Program-made: the position numbers and the translations under genes | The notes under the pieces: generated by a model | What the model was told of the DNA's origin: nothing | Database searches by the model: none | Seen by the model: the letters and a program-made list of their open reading frames with translations, nothing else | Source: Felis catus | Lineage: Eukaryota | Direction of reading: 5' to 3' | DNA length: 64,000 nucleotides | NCBI RefSeq assembly: GCF_018350175.1 | Contig: NC_058368.1 | Location: 89,654,001-89,718,000, forward strand | In this document: piece by piece, positions 1-14,016 of the stretch | How the letters are laid out: each line of letters starts with the position of its first letter | How positions within the stretch are numbered: the first letter of the stretch is position 1

Positions 1-131
1 TCCCCCACCCCCCCATCAACCCTCAGTTTGTTCTCTGTATTTAAGAGTCTCTTATGGTTTGCCTCCCTCTCTATAACTATTTTTTACCCCTTCCTTTCCC
101 CTGTGGTCTTCTGTTGAGTTTCTCAAGATCC
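1..131 (-). mobile_element. Carnivore L1 3' UTR fragment
   Basis: aaccctcagtttgttctc...taagagtctcttatggttt matches the other L1 3' UTR copies in this window. Confidence 0.75.
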
Positions 132-296
132 AGTGATTTTTATAGGTAAGCAGTTTTAGGTTCATGGCCACACAGCACAATATAGCCACACGGTGGCACC
201 CTTTAGGAAGTAACCAAATTTTTGCTGCAGTTGCTTAGGATCTTGAAACCCAGGCTGCAATATCCCCACATCTCACCTGCAAGTGGTCTCTGACTA

Positions 297-381
297 TGCT
301 TGCTTGCTTGCTTGCTTTCTCCCTCTCTCTCCCTCCCTTTCTTTTCTTTCTTTCCTTCCTTCCTTCTTCCTTCCTTTTCCC

Positions 382-425
<44 letters not shown>

Positions 426-444
426 TTTCTTTTTCTTTCTTTCT
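297..444. repeat. (TTGC)n / (CTTT)n pyrimidine microsatellite
   Basis: Direct reading of the sequence. Confidence 0.95.
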
Positions 445-3400
445 ACAATGTGACTATACTATTTTAAAATTCTTATCATACTGTAAGCTGTGTTTCCCAG
501 AAGTACCACAGTAGTGTACCACATTCATTAGGTGGCAACATTAGTGCCAGAGCTGAGAAACACAAATAAGAATCAGTGCTTGAAATTACATGTGCTACAA
601 TGTTATGAAGCCAATGAAACTTCTACTACAGTATGACATGCTATAATGCCAGAGAGTCTGTGAGGTAAAAGAGACAATGTGGAGAAGAGAAAATACAGAA
701 AAATTAACCTTGATAAATATATGGTTTCAACTATGCAGGGCCTTTAGAAAACTGGAACCATTCAAAAAGACTGTGTTCCTAAGTTGCCCTCCACCAGAGA
801 CAGATGGAAGAAATCAAATCCTGTTCTCCACAATAGCCCATTAGGTATTTGAGTACCAGTACTATCCCCATGTAGGCCAATCTCAGGGGTAAACGAAATC
901 ACAATTGTGCCCTGTGCAGTGGGAGGGAATGAGGATGAGCAGGTAGGGTGGCCTGTAGGGTGGGGTCAGGGCTGCTGGTATGTGTAGGGGGAGGGGCTCC
1001 ACCTGGGCATCTTCCTCTTCCTCCATTCAGGTGGGCCCTGAAGAGTGGAACAGCAGCACCCTGACCATGAGGCAGTGTCTCAATTGGCAGGTCCTGAGAT
1101 CTATTCATCCTTCCCACCTGTGTCCCCATCTGCCTTCCTTTCTCTCACTTAAAGGGACAATGTTTGCTCTGTCATTTGTACTTTTTTTCAGTTAATCATA
1201 TCTCAAGGGCATCTCCCCAAGTTAGTGCATATAAAGCAAGCACCACCTTTTAATGGCTATCTGGGATTTCATGATGTGAAGCTAAATTAACTTACTTAAC
1301 CAAATCCCTTCTTGAGCTTTTCTCTGTCTCACAAATGCGGAAGTTTTGACATGGACACATTGTAACTCAGAGGCACATAAACGCATGGCTCTTTATCCAT
1401 AATTGAATGAAGTTACTACTGGACAACATCCTCTGTTTCCACAGATTCTGTAAACACACTTGTGCCTACATGTCCCTTTAGTCATTTCTGAATTGAATCT
1501 CAGTTCCTCTCAAGCTAACTCAGGCTCCTTTGGGTAAATGCTTGGCATGTCAAGGTTCCCCCAATTCTCCATCAGCTCCCCTCATCCCTGAGGGTGATCT
1601 AAGTTTGGGGAGGTTATAGAGGCTCCCCAGAGTTCACTCTCCACTCTTCAACAGCTCTGGGCAGAGTTAGGGTCTCCCCTGTATGTAATCACTGCCATGC
1701 AGCTGGCTGGCCTGGTGCCATTACCTCCTGTCGTGACCCTGGCTCCTCCAGGCCACACCTGCTACAGGGTCTTATAGAAACCAATTCCAGGACCTCTCTT
1801 CAACATTCCTGGCATGCACTGCATGGGGCCTTCCCTGGAGGATGCCTTGGGCCTGTCACTCGGGGCATCTCCCTCAGCCTTTTCTTGTCTACTCTCCACA
1901 GGACCAACAGCAGTGTGCTGGACAAGGGCTTATCTTTGGTGCTCATGTTATTTCCAGGCAACCTCCAGAATATGGCACTGCCTCTGTGCCCTGAAGTAGC
2001 CCCCAACCATCATCTCAAGACCACTTTCCTGGGCCAAGGCCCAATTACTGGGGATACCACATACCCCTGAGAATCCAGGCCTCATCAGACTTGGGTCCCT
2101 ACACTTCTTCCTGTCTACCTATGATACACATGTCTCTCCTCGGAAAAATGGTTCTTATATCATAGCTACTTCCCTATTTTGTGCCTTCATTTTTTAAATT
2201 CTGTGGTCTGAGTCTTCTATTCTTGGCCTTTCTGGAGTTCAACCCAAAATTTCATTTCAACACTTGGAAATCAAAAGCCGACTAGTTTTCAGGTGGTTTC
2301 TCTACTCTGAGCTTGATTATTTTTTTAAGTTTTTATTTTCATTCCAGTTAGTTAATATACAGTGTAATATTAGTTTGGGGTGTACAATATAGTGATTCAA
2401 CACTTCCATACATCACCCTATGCTCATCCCAAGTACACTCCTTAATCCCCATCACCTATTTAATCCATTCCCCCACCCATCTCTCCTCTGGTGACCATCA
2501 GTTTGTTCTCTATAGTGAAGAGTCTGTTTCTTGGTTTGTCACTCCTTTTTTTCCCCTATGATCTTTTGTTTTGTTTCTTTAATTCCACATGAGTGAAACT
2601 ATATGGTATTTGTCTTTCTCTGACTGACTTATTTCACTTAGCGTAAGACTTTCTAGCTCCATCCACCATGTAGCAAATGGCAAGACTTCATTCTTTTTTA
2701 TGGCTGAATAATATTCCATTGTATATATATGCCACCTCTTCTTTATTTATCTGTCGATCGACACTTTGGATGCTTCCACAATTTGTCTATTGTAGACAAT
2801 GCTTCTATAAACATAGGGGTGCATGTATCCCTTTGAATTAGTGTTTTTGTATTCCTTAGGTAAATACCCACAGTAGTGCAATTGCTGGATTGTAGCCTGG
2901 TTTTATCTTTAACTTTTTGGGGAACCTCCATACTGTTTTTGTAGAGTGGCTACACCAATTTGCATTCCCACCAATAGTGTAAGAGGGTTCCTCTTTCTCC
3001 ACATCCTTTCCAACATCTGTTGTTTCCTGTGTTGTTAATTTTAGCCATTCTGACAGGTGTGAGGTGGTATCTCGTAGTGGTTTTGATTTGTATTTCCCTG
3101 ATGATGAGTGATGGTGAACATCTTTTCATATGTCTGTTAGCCATCTGTATGTCTTCTTTGGAGAAATGTTTTTTCATGTCTTCTGCCCACTTTGGATAAT
3201 TTGGCTTTGGGGTGTTGAGTTTTATAAGTTATTTATATATTTTAGATACAAACCCTGAATCGAATATGCCATTTGCAAATATCTTCTCCCAGTCCGTAGG
3301 TTGACTTTTAATTCTGTTGGTTGTTTCCTTTGTTGTGCAGAAGCTTTTTATTTTGATAAAGTCCCAACAGTTTATTTTTTGCTTTTGTTTCTCTTGCCTC

Positions 3401-5769
3401 AGGAGACATATCTAGAAAGAAGATATAGCTGATGTCAAAGAAGTTACTGCCTGTGTTCTCCTCTAGGATTTTGATGGTTTCCCATCCCACATTTAGGTCT
3501 TTCATCCATTTTTAATTTATTGTTGTGTATGGTGTAAGAAAGTAGTCTAACTTTCATTCTTTTGTATGCAGCTGTCCAGTTTTCCCAGCACCACTTATTG
3601 AAAAGACTTTTTTTCCACTGGATATTCTTTCCTGCTTTGTTAAAGATTAATTGACCACACAGTTGTGGGTTCACTTCTGGGTTTTCAATTCTATTCCATT
3701 GACTATGTGTCTATTTTTGTGCCAGTACCATACTATCTTGAGGACTACAGTTTTGTAATATAACTTAAAGTCTAGAAATGTGACATCTCCAGCTTTGCTT
3801 TGCTTTTTCAAGACTGCTTTGGCTATGCAAGGTTTTTTTATGGTTCCATAAAAATTTTATAATTGTTCTAGTCTGTGAAAAATTCTGGTAGTATTTTGAT
3901 AGGGATTGCATTAAATCTATAGATTGCTTTGGGTAGTATAGACATTTTAACAATGTTTGTTCTAATCCATGAGCATGGAATATTCCATTTCTTTGTGTCA
4001 TCTTCAATTTCTTTCATAAGTGTCCTATAGTTTTCAGAATACAGGTCTTTTACCTCTTTGGTTAGATTCATTCCTAGGTGTCTTGTGGTTATGGATGCAA
4101 GTGTAAGTGGGCTCCATTCCGTGATTTCTTTTTCTGCTGCTTCATTATTGATGTATAGAAATGCAACAGATTTATGTACATTGATTTTACATCCTGCAGC
4201 TTTGCTGAATTCATTATTAGTTCTAGAAATTTTTTGGTGGAGTTTTTTGGGTTTTCTACATAGAGTATCATGTCATCTGCAAATAGTAAAAGTTTGACTT
4301 CTTCCTTGCTAATTTGGATGTCTTTTATTTCTTTTTGTTGTCTGATTGCTGAGGCTAGGACTTCAAGTACTATGTTGAATAGAATTGGTGAGAATGGACA
4401 TCCTCATTTATTCTTCACCTTAGGGAAAAAGCTTTCAGTTTCTTCCCATTAAGGATGATATTAACTGTGGGTTTTTTCATAGATGGTCTTTATTATGTTG
4501 AGTTATGTTCCCTCTAACCCTTTGTTGAGGGTTTTTATCATGAATGAATGTTGTACTTGTCAAATGCTTTTTATGCATCTATTAAAATGATCATGTGGTT
4601 CTTATCCTTTCTTTTATTAATATGATGTATCACATTGATTGATTTGGAAAATGGAACCACCCTTACAATTCAGGAATCAATCCCAATTGATCATGGCAAA
4701 TGATTTTTTTTATGTATTGTTGGATACAGTTTGCTAGTATTTTGTTGAGGATACATGTATCTACATTTATCAGAGATATTGGCCTGTAGTTCTCTTTTTT
4801 AGTAGGATCTGTATCCAGTTTTGGTATCAGGATAATGTTGGCCTCATAGAATGAATTTGGAAGTTTTCCTTCCATTTCAATTTTTTTGGAATAGTTTGAG
4901 GAGAATAGGTATTAACTCTTCTTTAGATGTTTGACAGAATTTGCCTGTGAAGCTATCTGGACTTGGACTTTATTGTTGGGAGATTTTTGGTTACTGACTC
5001 AATTTTTTTTACTGGTTACTGGTCTGTTCAAGTTTTCTATTTCTGCCTGTTTCGGTTTTGGTAGTTTATATGTTTCTAGGAATTTATTCATTTCTTCCAG
5101 GTTGTCCATTTTTATGACATATAGTTTTTCATAATATTCTCTTATAATTGTTTGCATTTATATGGTGTTAGTTATTTCTCCTCTCTCATTTGTGAATTTA
5201 TTTGGGTCCTTTCTCTTTTCTTATGGTAAGTATGGTTAGAGGTTTATCAATTTGATTATTTTTTTCAGAGAACCAGATTCTGATATCATTGATCTGTTCT
5301 ATTATTTTTTAGTTTCTGTATCATTTATTTCTGCTATAATCTATATTGTTATTTCTTTCCTTCTGCTGGTTTTAGGTTTTATTTGCTCTTCTTTTCCTAG
5401 CTCCTTTAGGTATCAGGTTAGTTGTTTATTTGAGATTTTTCTCTCTTCTTGAGGTAGACCTTTATTGCTATGAACTTTCCTCTTCAAACCACTTTGTTGC
5501 ATCCCAAAGATTTTGGACTACCGTGCTTTCATTTTCATTTGTTTCCATGTATTTTTTAATTTCCTCTTTGATTTCCTGGTTGACTCACTCATTGTTTAGT
5601 AGCATGTTATTTAACCTCCATGCATTTGTGGTCCTTCCAGATTTTTTGTGTCTGACTTCCAATTTCATATCATTGTGGTGAGAAAAGATGCATGGTATGA
5701 CTTCAATCTTCTTAAATTTTTTGAGGCTTCTTTTGTGGGTTAATCTGTGATCTATTCTAGAAAACATTC

Positions 5770-5967
5770 TTTTAAAAAAATTTAATGTTTATTTTTGAGA
5801 GAGAGAGAGTGAGTGGGAGAGGGGCAGAGAGAGAGGTAGAGACAGAATCTGAAGCAGGCTCTGAGCTGTTAGCACAGAGCCAGACACGGGGCTTGAACCC
5901 ATGACCCGTGAGATCATGACGCAGGCCAAAGTCAGCTGCTTAACTGACTGAGCCACCCAGGCACCCC
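5770..5967 (-). mobile_element. CAN-SINE (tRNA-derived)
   Basis: Reverse GGGGTGCCTGGGTGGCTCAG head, (AG)n tract, T tail. Confidence 0.9.
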
Positions 5968-7875
5968 TATTCTGGAGAATGTTCTGAGTGCACTTGAAAA
6001 GAATGTGTATTCTGCTGTTTTAGGATGAAATGTTCTGAATATATCTGTTAAGTCCATCTGGTCCAGTGTCATTCAAAATCATTGTTTCCTTCTTGATTTT
6101 CTGTTTAGATTATCTGTCCATTGATGCAAGTGGGGTGTTAAAGTCTCCTACTATTATTGTATTATTATTCATTAGTTCCTTTATGTTTGTTATTAACTAT
6201 TTCATGTATTTGGATTCCTTATGTTGGGTGCATAAATATTTACAATTGTTATTTTTTTTCTTTTTGGATTGTCCCCTTTATTATTATATAGTGTCCTCCT
6301 TTGTCTCTTGTTACAGTCTTTGTTTTAAAGTCTATTTTGTCTCACATGTTGCCACTCAAGCTTTCTTTTAACATCCATATGCATGATCTATGTTTCTCCA
6401 TCATTTTCAATCTGCAGGTATCTTTAGGTTTGAAGTGAGTCTCTTATAGGCAGCATATAGACAGGTCTTGTGGGTTTTTTTAATCCATTTTGTTACCCCA
6501 TGTCTTTTGATTGAAGCATTTAGTCTATTTACAAAGTATTTACCAATAGATATGTATTTATTGCCATTTTATTACTTGTTTTGTGGTTATTTTTGAAGAT
6601 TTTCTCTGATCCTTTCTTTCTCTCTTTCACATTTTGCTAATTTTCTTTACTGATATATCTGGAATTCTTTCCCTTTATTCTTTTTATATCTACTAGCGGT
6701 TTTTGATATATGGTTACCATTAGGTTTGTATATAACCTCTTCTGCATATAGCAGTCTATATCAAGTTGAATGGTCATTTAAATTTGAACCCATTCTTTTC
6801 TCCTCCCTCCCCCCACATTTTAGGTATATGTTATTATACTTCATATCCTTTTTTGTGAGTTCCTTGACCTATTTTTTTACAGAAATGTTAGTTTTTACTG
6901 TTTTTGTGTTTCCTGCCTTTATATTGTCACTTTTGTTCTCTCTTTCCACTCAAACAGTCCCTTTTAATATTTCTTGCAGGGCTAGTTTAGTGGATATGAA
7001 CTCCTTTAGTTTTTGTTTGTCTAGGAAAATCTTTATCTTTTCTTCTATTCTGAATGGTAGGCTTGCTAAATAAAGTATTCTTGGCTGCAGATTTTTCCTA
7101 TTCAGCATGTCGAACATATCATGCCACTCCTTTCTGGCTTGCAAAGTTTCTGTTAAAAAATCTCCTGCTAGCCTTATGGGTTTTTCCTTGTAAGTTGCTG
7201 AATACTTTTTCTGTTTTTACAGATTTTTTCTTTATATTTTGCAAATTTAATTACAATATGTCTTGGTGTGGGTCTGCTTCTGTCGATTTTGATGGGCATT
7301 CTCTGTGCCTCCTGGAACTTGATGTCCGCTTCCTTCCCCAGATTAGGGAAGTTTTCAGATAGAATTTCTTCAAATAAATTTTCTACTCCCTTTTCTCTCT
7401 CTTTTTCTTCTGAGACTGCTATAATACCACTGTTATTACATTTAATGGAGTCACTGAGTTTCCTAAATCTAATCTTGTTTTGTGTAATTCTTTTTTCTCT
7501 TTTTTTTCAGCTTGATTACTTTCCATTACTCTGTCTTTTAGGTCATTAATTCGTTCTTCTACTTATTCCAGCCTGTTGTTCAATCCATGAATCATGTTTC
7601 TCATTTCATTTATTGAGCTGTATTTCTGCTATGTTATTCCTTATTTCTGTGTTAAGGGTCTCACTCATGTTTTTCAGTCTTTCCTCAAATCCAGTGAGTA
7701 TCCTTATTATTATTATTGCTTTAAATTCTCTATCAGTCATGTTATTTATATCTGTGTCACTTAGATCTCTGGCTATGTCTTTGTCCTATTCTTTCATTTG
7801 AGATAAATTTCTCTGTCTCTTCATTTTGTTTGCCTCTCTGTGTCTGTTTCTCTGTGCTAAAAAGTAAGCTATGTT

Positions 7876-8089
7876 GGGGCACCTGGGTGGCTCAGTCATT
7901 TAAGCATCCAACTCTTGAGATCAGCTCAGGTCATGATCTCATGGTTTGTGAGTTCAAGTCCTGCATCAGGCTCTTCACTGACAGTGTGGAGCCTGCTTGG
8001 GATTCTCTCTCCCTCTCTCTCTGCCCCTCCCCAGCTTTCTCCTTCTCTCTCTCCCTCAAATAAATAAGTAAACTTAAAAAATATTTAAG
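7876..8089 (+). mobile_element. CAN-SINE
   Basis: Typical head, (CT)n tract and A tail; TSD aaagt(a/c)agctatgtt. Confidence 0.92.
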
Positions 8090-8824
8090 AAAGTCAGCTA
8101 TGTTTTCTGCTCTCAGAGTAGTGACTTTAATGCAGATGGGGTCCTGGAGTGCCCTGCAGTGCAGTGTCCCCTGTTCACCAGAACCTGGCACTTCAGGAGA
8201 GTAATCTATTTGTGTTGCTTTGCCCTGTTGTTGTGTCTGTCACTTTTCCTTTCAGTGCAGCCATCTGCACTGACTCTCTGCCTGTTGTGGGCTATGCCTG
8301 CTCTCTGTGATATTAGTGGGACCCATGCAAGCCAAGTCTGAGGGGGTGTGTGCACTAGGGAACATGCGTGCAGAGTGGCAGTGTTTAACAAAGTTTGTGT
8401 TGGGCCACTAGTCTTATGCCAGATCCCCTGAAGCACTGCAGTGGCTGGGGGCTACATGCCAGAGTGGTTGGGGACACAAGTCTGGGTGTGGTGGGGCAGC
8501 TGGGTGCTGTGTGCAGTTGCCACTGTACGCCTAAGTGGGTGCAGCTTACGACAGTGGCTGGGGGCATGGCAGTTGGGCACTGTGTTATGGCTGGGCAGGG
8601 TGCACATGCAGCTTTAATAAAATTTTCCCTGAGCCCTGGGCTGAGACAAGTGTCTGTGCAACCCCACCTCCTGCAGGTGGTTCTGTGTTTGTGCTGGAGG
8701 TCAGGGAAGGAAAATGGCACCTGTCAGCTCTCTCATTTTCAGAGAAGTCCCCCCAACATGCTGAAAAATCAGTATGAACAGATCTGTCCTGGTTTGCCCT
8801 GGCATTATGTACACTGTTGTTTTT

Positions 8825-9038
8825 TTTTTTTTTCAACGTTTTTATTTATTTTTGGGACAGAGAGAGACAGAGCGTGAACAGGGGAGGGGCAGAGAGAGAG
8901 GGAGACACAGAATCGGAAACAGGCTCCAGGCTCCGAGCCATCAGCCCAGAGCCCGACGCGGGGCTTGAACCCACGGACCGTGAGATCGTGACCTGGCTGA
9001 AGTCGGACGCCTAACCGACTGCGCCACCCAGGCGCCCC
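8825..9038 (-). mobile_element. Young felid SINE (SINEC_Fc-like)
   Basis: CpG-rich near-consensus copy; TSD tacactgttgttttt. Confidence 0.93.
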
Positions 9039-9969
9039 TACACTGTTGTTTTTATGTTGCCTCTCCACACAGGCTGCTATCTCTTTAAGGGCAGCGACCC
9101 AGCTGTCACTCACCCTCCCCCACCCACGAGTGCTCAGTTGTCTGACTTTCAAAGCTCCAGGCTTTGGGTGTCCCACTGGTTTTACAAACTCACAGAATTC
9201 AGCCCCTCTGGTATTAAAGGCCAAACATTATGGGGATTAGTCTTCCCCATATGAGCTCCTGGGTGTAAGGGCCCTTTTCTCTGCCCTCTTCACACATGCA
9301 GCTCCCTCTCTGATGTCGGCAGCCTCCCTTTGCCTCTCTGACATTCCTCTAACCTTTCTTTTTTAGTAGGCTCCCTGTCCAACATGGGACTTGAACTCAT
9401 GACCTTGAGATCAAGAATCATATGCTGTACCAACTGAGCCAACCAGGTACCCTTGATCTTCCTAACCTTTCACCTGCACTTCTCTATATTTAGTTATGGA
9501 GTTTGTTCTGCCAGTCTTTGGATCACTCTCTGGCTTATTGACTTGGATGTGGATGATATCTAGTTGTAAACATGGGACAGGTTGAGCTTAGCGTTCTCCT
9601 ACTCTGCCATCTTCCCCAACACTTACCTCTGTTCTGAGCTTTAAAACATTTAATTTCAAAGTCAGACCAGAGTTATTATTTGGTGATTCCTCTGCTTTCT
9701 ATAATCCAGCAGACTATCCTTAACATGTACATGCCACAGTGGTAGTAGGTTCTAAGAGTGTAAAGAAAAATTCTCTTGGCTAAAATAAGACAAGAGAATC
9801 AAGGAGATAAGAAATCAACGTCAACTTTTGATGGAAGAAGCTTCAAAGTCACATAGCAAAAGTGCATGGACATAGGAACAAGTAAGGGATGGTGGCCATC
9901 TTTGCAATCTACCTGCCACATTAATAGAAGAGAAAATATGTAATAATAAAAAACACTTAACCCAACTTG

Positions 9970-11600
9970 AGCTACGACTCAATGCAATCCAATTCAAACT
10001 CCCAACAAGTTATTTTGTGGATATGGATAAGCTGGTGTTAAAGTTTAAGTGGAGAGGCAAAAGACCCAGAATAGCCAACTGGATTTTGAAGAAGAACAAA
10101 GCCAGATATCTGACATTACCTAACTTCAAGACTTATTATAAAGCTACAGTAATCCAGACAGTGTGTATTAGCAAAAGAATAGATAAATAGAGCCATGGAA
10201 CCTAAATAGAGTCAACTGATCTTTGACAAAGGAGCCAAGGCAGTACAATGGAAAAGAGTCTTTTCAACAAAAGGTGTTGGAACAATTAGGCATCCACATG
10301 CATAAAAATAAATCCAAACATAGACCTTACACTCTTCACAAAAATTAACTCAAAATGGAGCATTGGCCTAAATGTAAAATGCAAAACTATAAAACTACTA
10401 GAAGATAACATAGGAGAACCTAGATGGCCCCGGGAATAGTGGCTACTTTTTAGATGCAACACCAAAAGCATGGTCCATAAAGGAAAAAATCAGATTTCAT
10501 TAAACTTAAAATTTTCTGCTTTGTGAAAGGCAATTGTGAAGAGAACAGTAAGACAAGTCACAGACTGGCAGAAAATATTTGCAAAAGACACATCTGATAA
10601 AGAACTGTCAACCAAAATATAAAAAGAACACTTAAAACTCAATAATAAAAACAACCAAATTTAAAAAGGAGCCAAAAACTTGAACAGATATATGGATGGC
10701 AAGTAAACACATGAAAAGATGATCCACATTGTATGTCATCAAGGAATTGCAAATTAAAACAACAATGAAATACCTACACACCTATCAGAATGGCCAAAAT
10801 TCAGAATACTGATAACACCAAATGCTGGGGATGACATGGAACAATAGGAACTCTCATTGATTGTTGATGGGAATGCAAGATAGTATAGCCAATTTTGAAA
10901 GGAAGTTTGGTGGGTTTTTTCAAAATAAACATACACTTACCACATGATTCAACAAGGAGTTGAAAACTTATGCCCACACAAAAACTTGCACACATATGTT
11001 TATAGCAGTTTTATTCATCATTGCCCAAACCCAAAAGCAACCAAGATGTCCTTCAGCAGGTGAATGGATAAATAAACTGTGGTACTTTCAGACAATGGAA
11101 TATTATTCAGCACTAAAAAGAAATGAGCTATCAAGCCATTAAAAGATACAGAGAAATCTTAAATGCATATCACTAAGTGAAAGAACCCAATCTGAAAAGG
11201 CTACACACTGTATGATTCTAACTATGTGACATTCTGGAAAAGGTAAAACTATTGAGACAATGCAAAGATCAGTTGTTGCCAGGGGTTAGGGGGTAGGGAA
11301 GGTTGAACAGGCAGAGCACAGAGGATTTGTAGGGCAAACTAATCTGTCATAGTGGATATTTGTCTAAACCCATAGAATGTACAAATCGTTAAACCCTAGT
11401 AACAACTATTGTCACTTTGGGTGACAATATGTCAATGTATGTTCACCAATTGTAACAAATGTACTGACCTGGTGAAGGATGTTGATAATGGGAAAGGCTA
11501 CACATGTGTGGAAGCAGGGAGTATATGGGAAATCTCTGGAGCTTCTGCTCAATTTTGCTACGAACCTAAAATTACTCTAAAAAATAAAATCTATTTAAAG
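9970..11600 (+). mobile_element. Old L1 (L1MC/L1MB-like), ORF2 3' part and 3' UTR
   Basis: ORF2 end (KTCTHMFIAVLFIIA...WINKLW) and 3' UTR motif gacattctggaaaaggtaaaact. Confidence 0.8.
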
Positions 11601-11817
11601 CATTCAATTGGTCCATAAAAAATAAGAAAGAAGAAATAAATTAACAACAAAAAGATAGGACAAATAGGAAATGAATGGCAAGATGATAGACATAAACCCA
11701 AATATCTTACTCATTACATTAAATGTAAAGGCACTAATGTCAGGTTGTCAACCTAGTTTCTTTTTTAAGTCAACTAAATGGTGTTTATCAAATATTTTAA
11801 ACATAAGGGAATAGTTA

Positions 11818-12275
11818 CAGTCAGTTATGCTATAAAAGACTTATTTTGAATATTTGAATTTTATTCAACACAATTGATATATTAGGAAACAATTTGACCA
11901 TAGCGCACATTTTGCATTTGCTCTTGTGTGATTTCATTTTCAAGAGATATTAGTAAATTTAGAAAATGTACCCACTCCCAGCTGACTCAGCCATATAGAA
12001 GTGCATAAAAGCACAAAGAAACATACCTCCAACACCTAGCAGCCACTTTATCTCACCATGTGTTTTATGAGCCATATCCATTCATATGTGGTGTAACAAC
12101 TTCCAATTCCATCTAATTTCAGATAATCTCCCTTCCATCACTTCACACCGACTCAAACTGCAACGCTTCCAACAACCATTTCCACAAGCAACTTTGAATT
12201 TTATTCAGGGTAAAATGCCATATTTACTGAAGTATTTATCTACTCTTTAACCATCTAATGTGTATAAAACTGTGC
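11818..12275 (+). mobile_element. Tigger-like (TcMar) DNA transposon remnant
   Basis: Starts TA|CAGTCAGTT.TGCTATAA and resembles ancient Tigger consensus ends from memory; subfamily not assigned. Confidence 0.5.
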
Positions 12276-12409
12276 TACTAATTCACATAGTATACAATTC
12301 ATCCATTTAAAGTATATAATTCAATGCCTCTTTGCATATTCAGACAGTTGTGCATCCATCACCAGAATCAATTTTAGGTTTTATAACATTAAAAAGAAAC
12401 CTAGTAGGG

Positions 12410-12980
12410 AATACAGGTATGCTGTTTCAAAGGGGCACATGCACCCCAATGTTTATAGTACCACTATCAACAATAGCCAAAGTATGGAAAGAGCCCAAAT
12501 GTCCATCGATGGACGAATTGATAAAGAAGATGTGATATATATATATAACTATAGAGATAGATAGATAGATAGATAGATAGATATAGATATATACAATGGA
12601 GTATTGCTTGGCAACCAAAAAGAATGAAATCTGGCCATTTGCAATTATGTGGATGGAACTAGAGGGTATTAGGTTAAGTGAAATTAGTCAGTCAGAGAAA
12701 GACAAATATCATATCACTTCACTCATATGAAGACTTTAAGATACACAACAGATGCACCTAAGGGAAGGGAAGCAAATTTAATATAAAAACAGGGAGAGGG
12801 ACAAAACTTAAGAGACTCTTAAATATAGAGAACAAACAGAGGGTTGCTGGAGGGGGAACAGGCCAAATGGGTAAGGGGCATTAAGGAATCTACTCCTGAA
12901 ATCATTGTTGCACTATATACTAACTAACTTGGATGTAAATTAAAAAATAAATAAATTATTTACAAAAAAAAAAAAAAAAA
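12410..12980 (+). mobile_element. 5'-truncated felid L1 with internal (TA)/(GATA) repeat and poly(A)
   Basis: CTPMFI...WKEPKCPSMDE, L1 3' UTR, TSD aaacctagtaggga. Confidence 0.9.
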
Positions 12981-12989
12981 AACCTAGTA

Positions 12990-13200
12990 GGGAGTGCCTG
13001 GGTGGCCCAGTTAGTTAAGCATCCAACTTCAGCTCAGGTCATGATCTCACGGTTCATTGGTTCAAGTCCCAGGTCAGGTTCTGTGTTGACAGGCTCAAAG
13101 CCTGGAGCCTGCTTTAGATTCTGTGTCCCCCTCTCTCTCTGACCCTCCCCCACTCATGCTCTATCTCTCTCTCTAAAAAATCAATAAACATTAAAAAAAC
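12990..13200 (+). mobile_element. CAN-SINE
   Basis: Head, (CT)n tract, A tail. Confidence 0.9.
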
Positions 13201-13814
13201 AAGAAAACTAGTACTCTTTCACTATCATTCTCCTATGCTCCCTTGCACCAGCCTTAAGCAACTACTATCATATTGTAGTATGTATCATTACTTCATTCCT
13301 TTTCATAGCAGAACAATATTCCACCGTATGGATATAACCCCATTTAACTTCCCCATTCATCAGTTGGTAGAAATGAGTTGTTTCACCTTTGGGTTATTCT
13401 GAATAATGCTGCTATGAACATTTGTTTACATATTTTTGTGGACATATGTTTTCATTTCTCTTGAATATATACACACCAGTGAAATTCTTGGGTCATATGG
13501 TAACTCTGTTTAACTTTTTGAGGAACTGCTGAATAGTTTCCAAAGTAGTTCCCACCAGAAGTATGTGGGAATTCCAGTTTCTTGCCTTCCTCACCAAAAC
13601 TTGTTATTGTTCATTGTTTTGATCATGGCCATCCTAGTAGGTGTGAAGTAGCTTCTCATGGTGGTTTTGATTTGCATTATCTTGATGACTAATGATGTTG
13701 AGCATCTTTCGTGTTATTATTGGCCACTTGTAGCTCTTCTTTGGAGAAGTGTCTATTTAGATTTTTGCCCATGTTTAATTGAATTGTCTTGTTATTACTG
13801 AGCTGTAAGAATTA

Positions 13815-14016
13815 TTTTTTGAGAGAGAGAGAGAGAGAGAGAGCATGAGTGGGGGTGGGTGGGATGGAGAGAGAGAGGGAGGCAGAGAATCCCAAGCAGG
13901 CTCCACACTGTAAGCACAGAGCTCAATACGGGGCTCAAACCAATGAACCCATGAGAGTATGACCTGAGCCAAAATCAAGATTGGATGTTTAACTGAATGA
14001 GCCACTCAGATGCCCC
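13815..14016 (-). mobile_element. CAN-SINE
   Basis: Reverse head and (AG)n tract. Confidence 0.88.

Larger units (their letters stand above)
2315..9626 (-). mobile_element. Full-length but decayed carnivore LINE-1 (5' UTR, ORF1, ORF2, 3' UTR) carrying SINE insertions
   Basis: ORF2 fragments ([41 protein letters not shown]); ORF1 fragment (ARKEW...LQPRILY); 5' end reads GGGGAAGATGGCAGAGTAGGAG on the minus strand; TSD ctctactctgagctt (2300-2314) / ctctgttctgagctt (9627-9641). Confidence 0.92.

Noticed and set aside
1400..2280. Unique-looking stretch with short ORFs, possibly a pseudogene fragment
   Set aside because: I could not recognise any protein or splice structure; a BLASTX search would be needed
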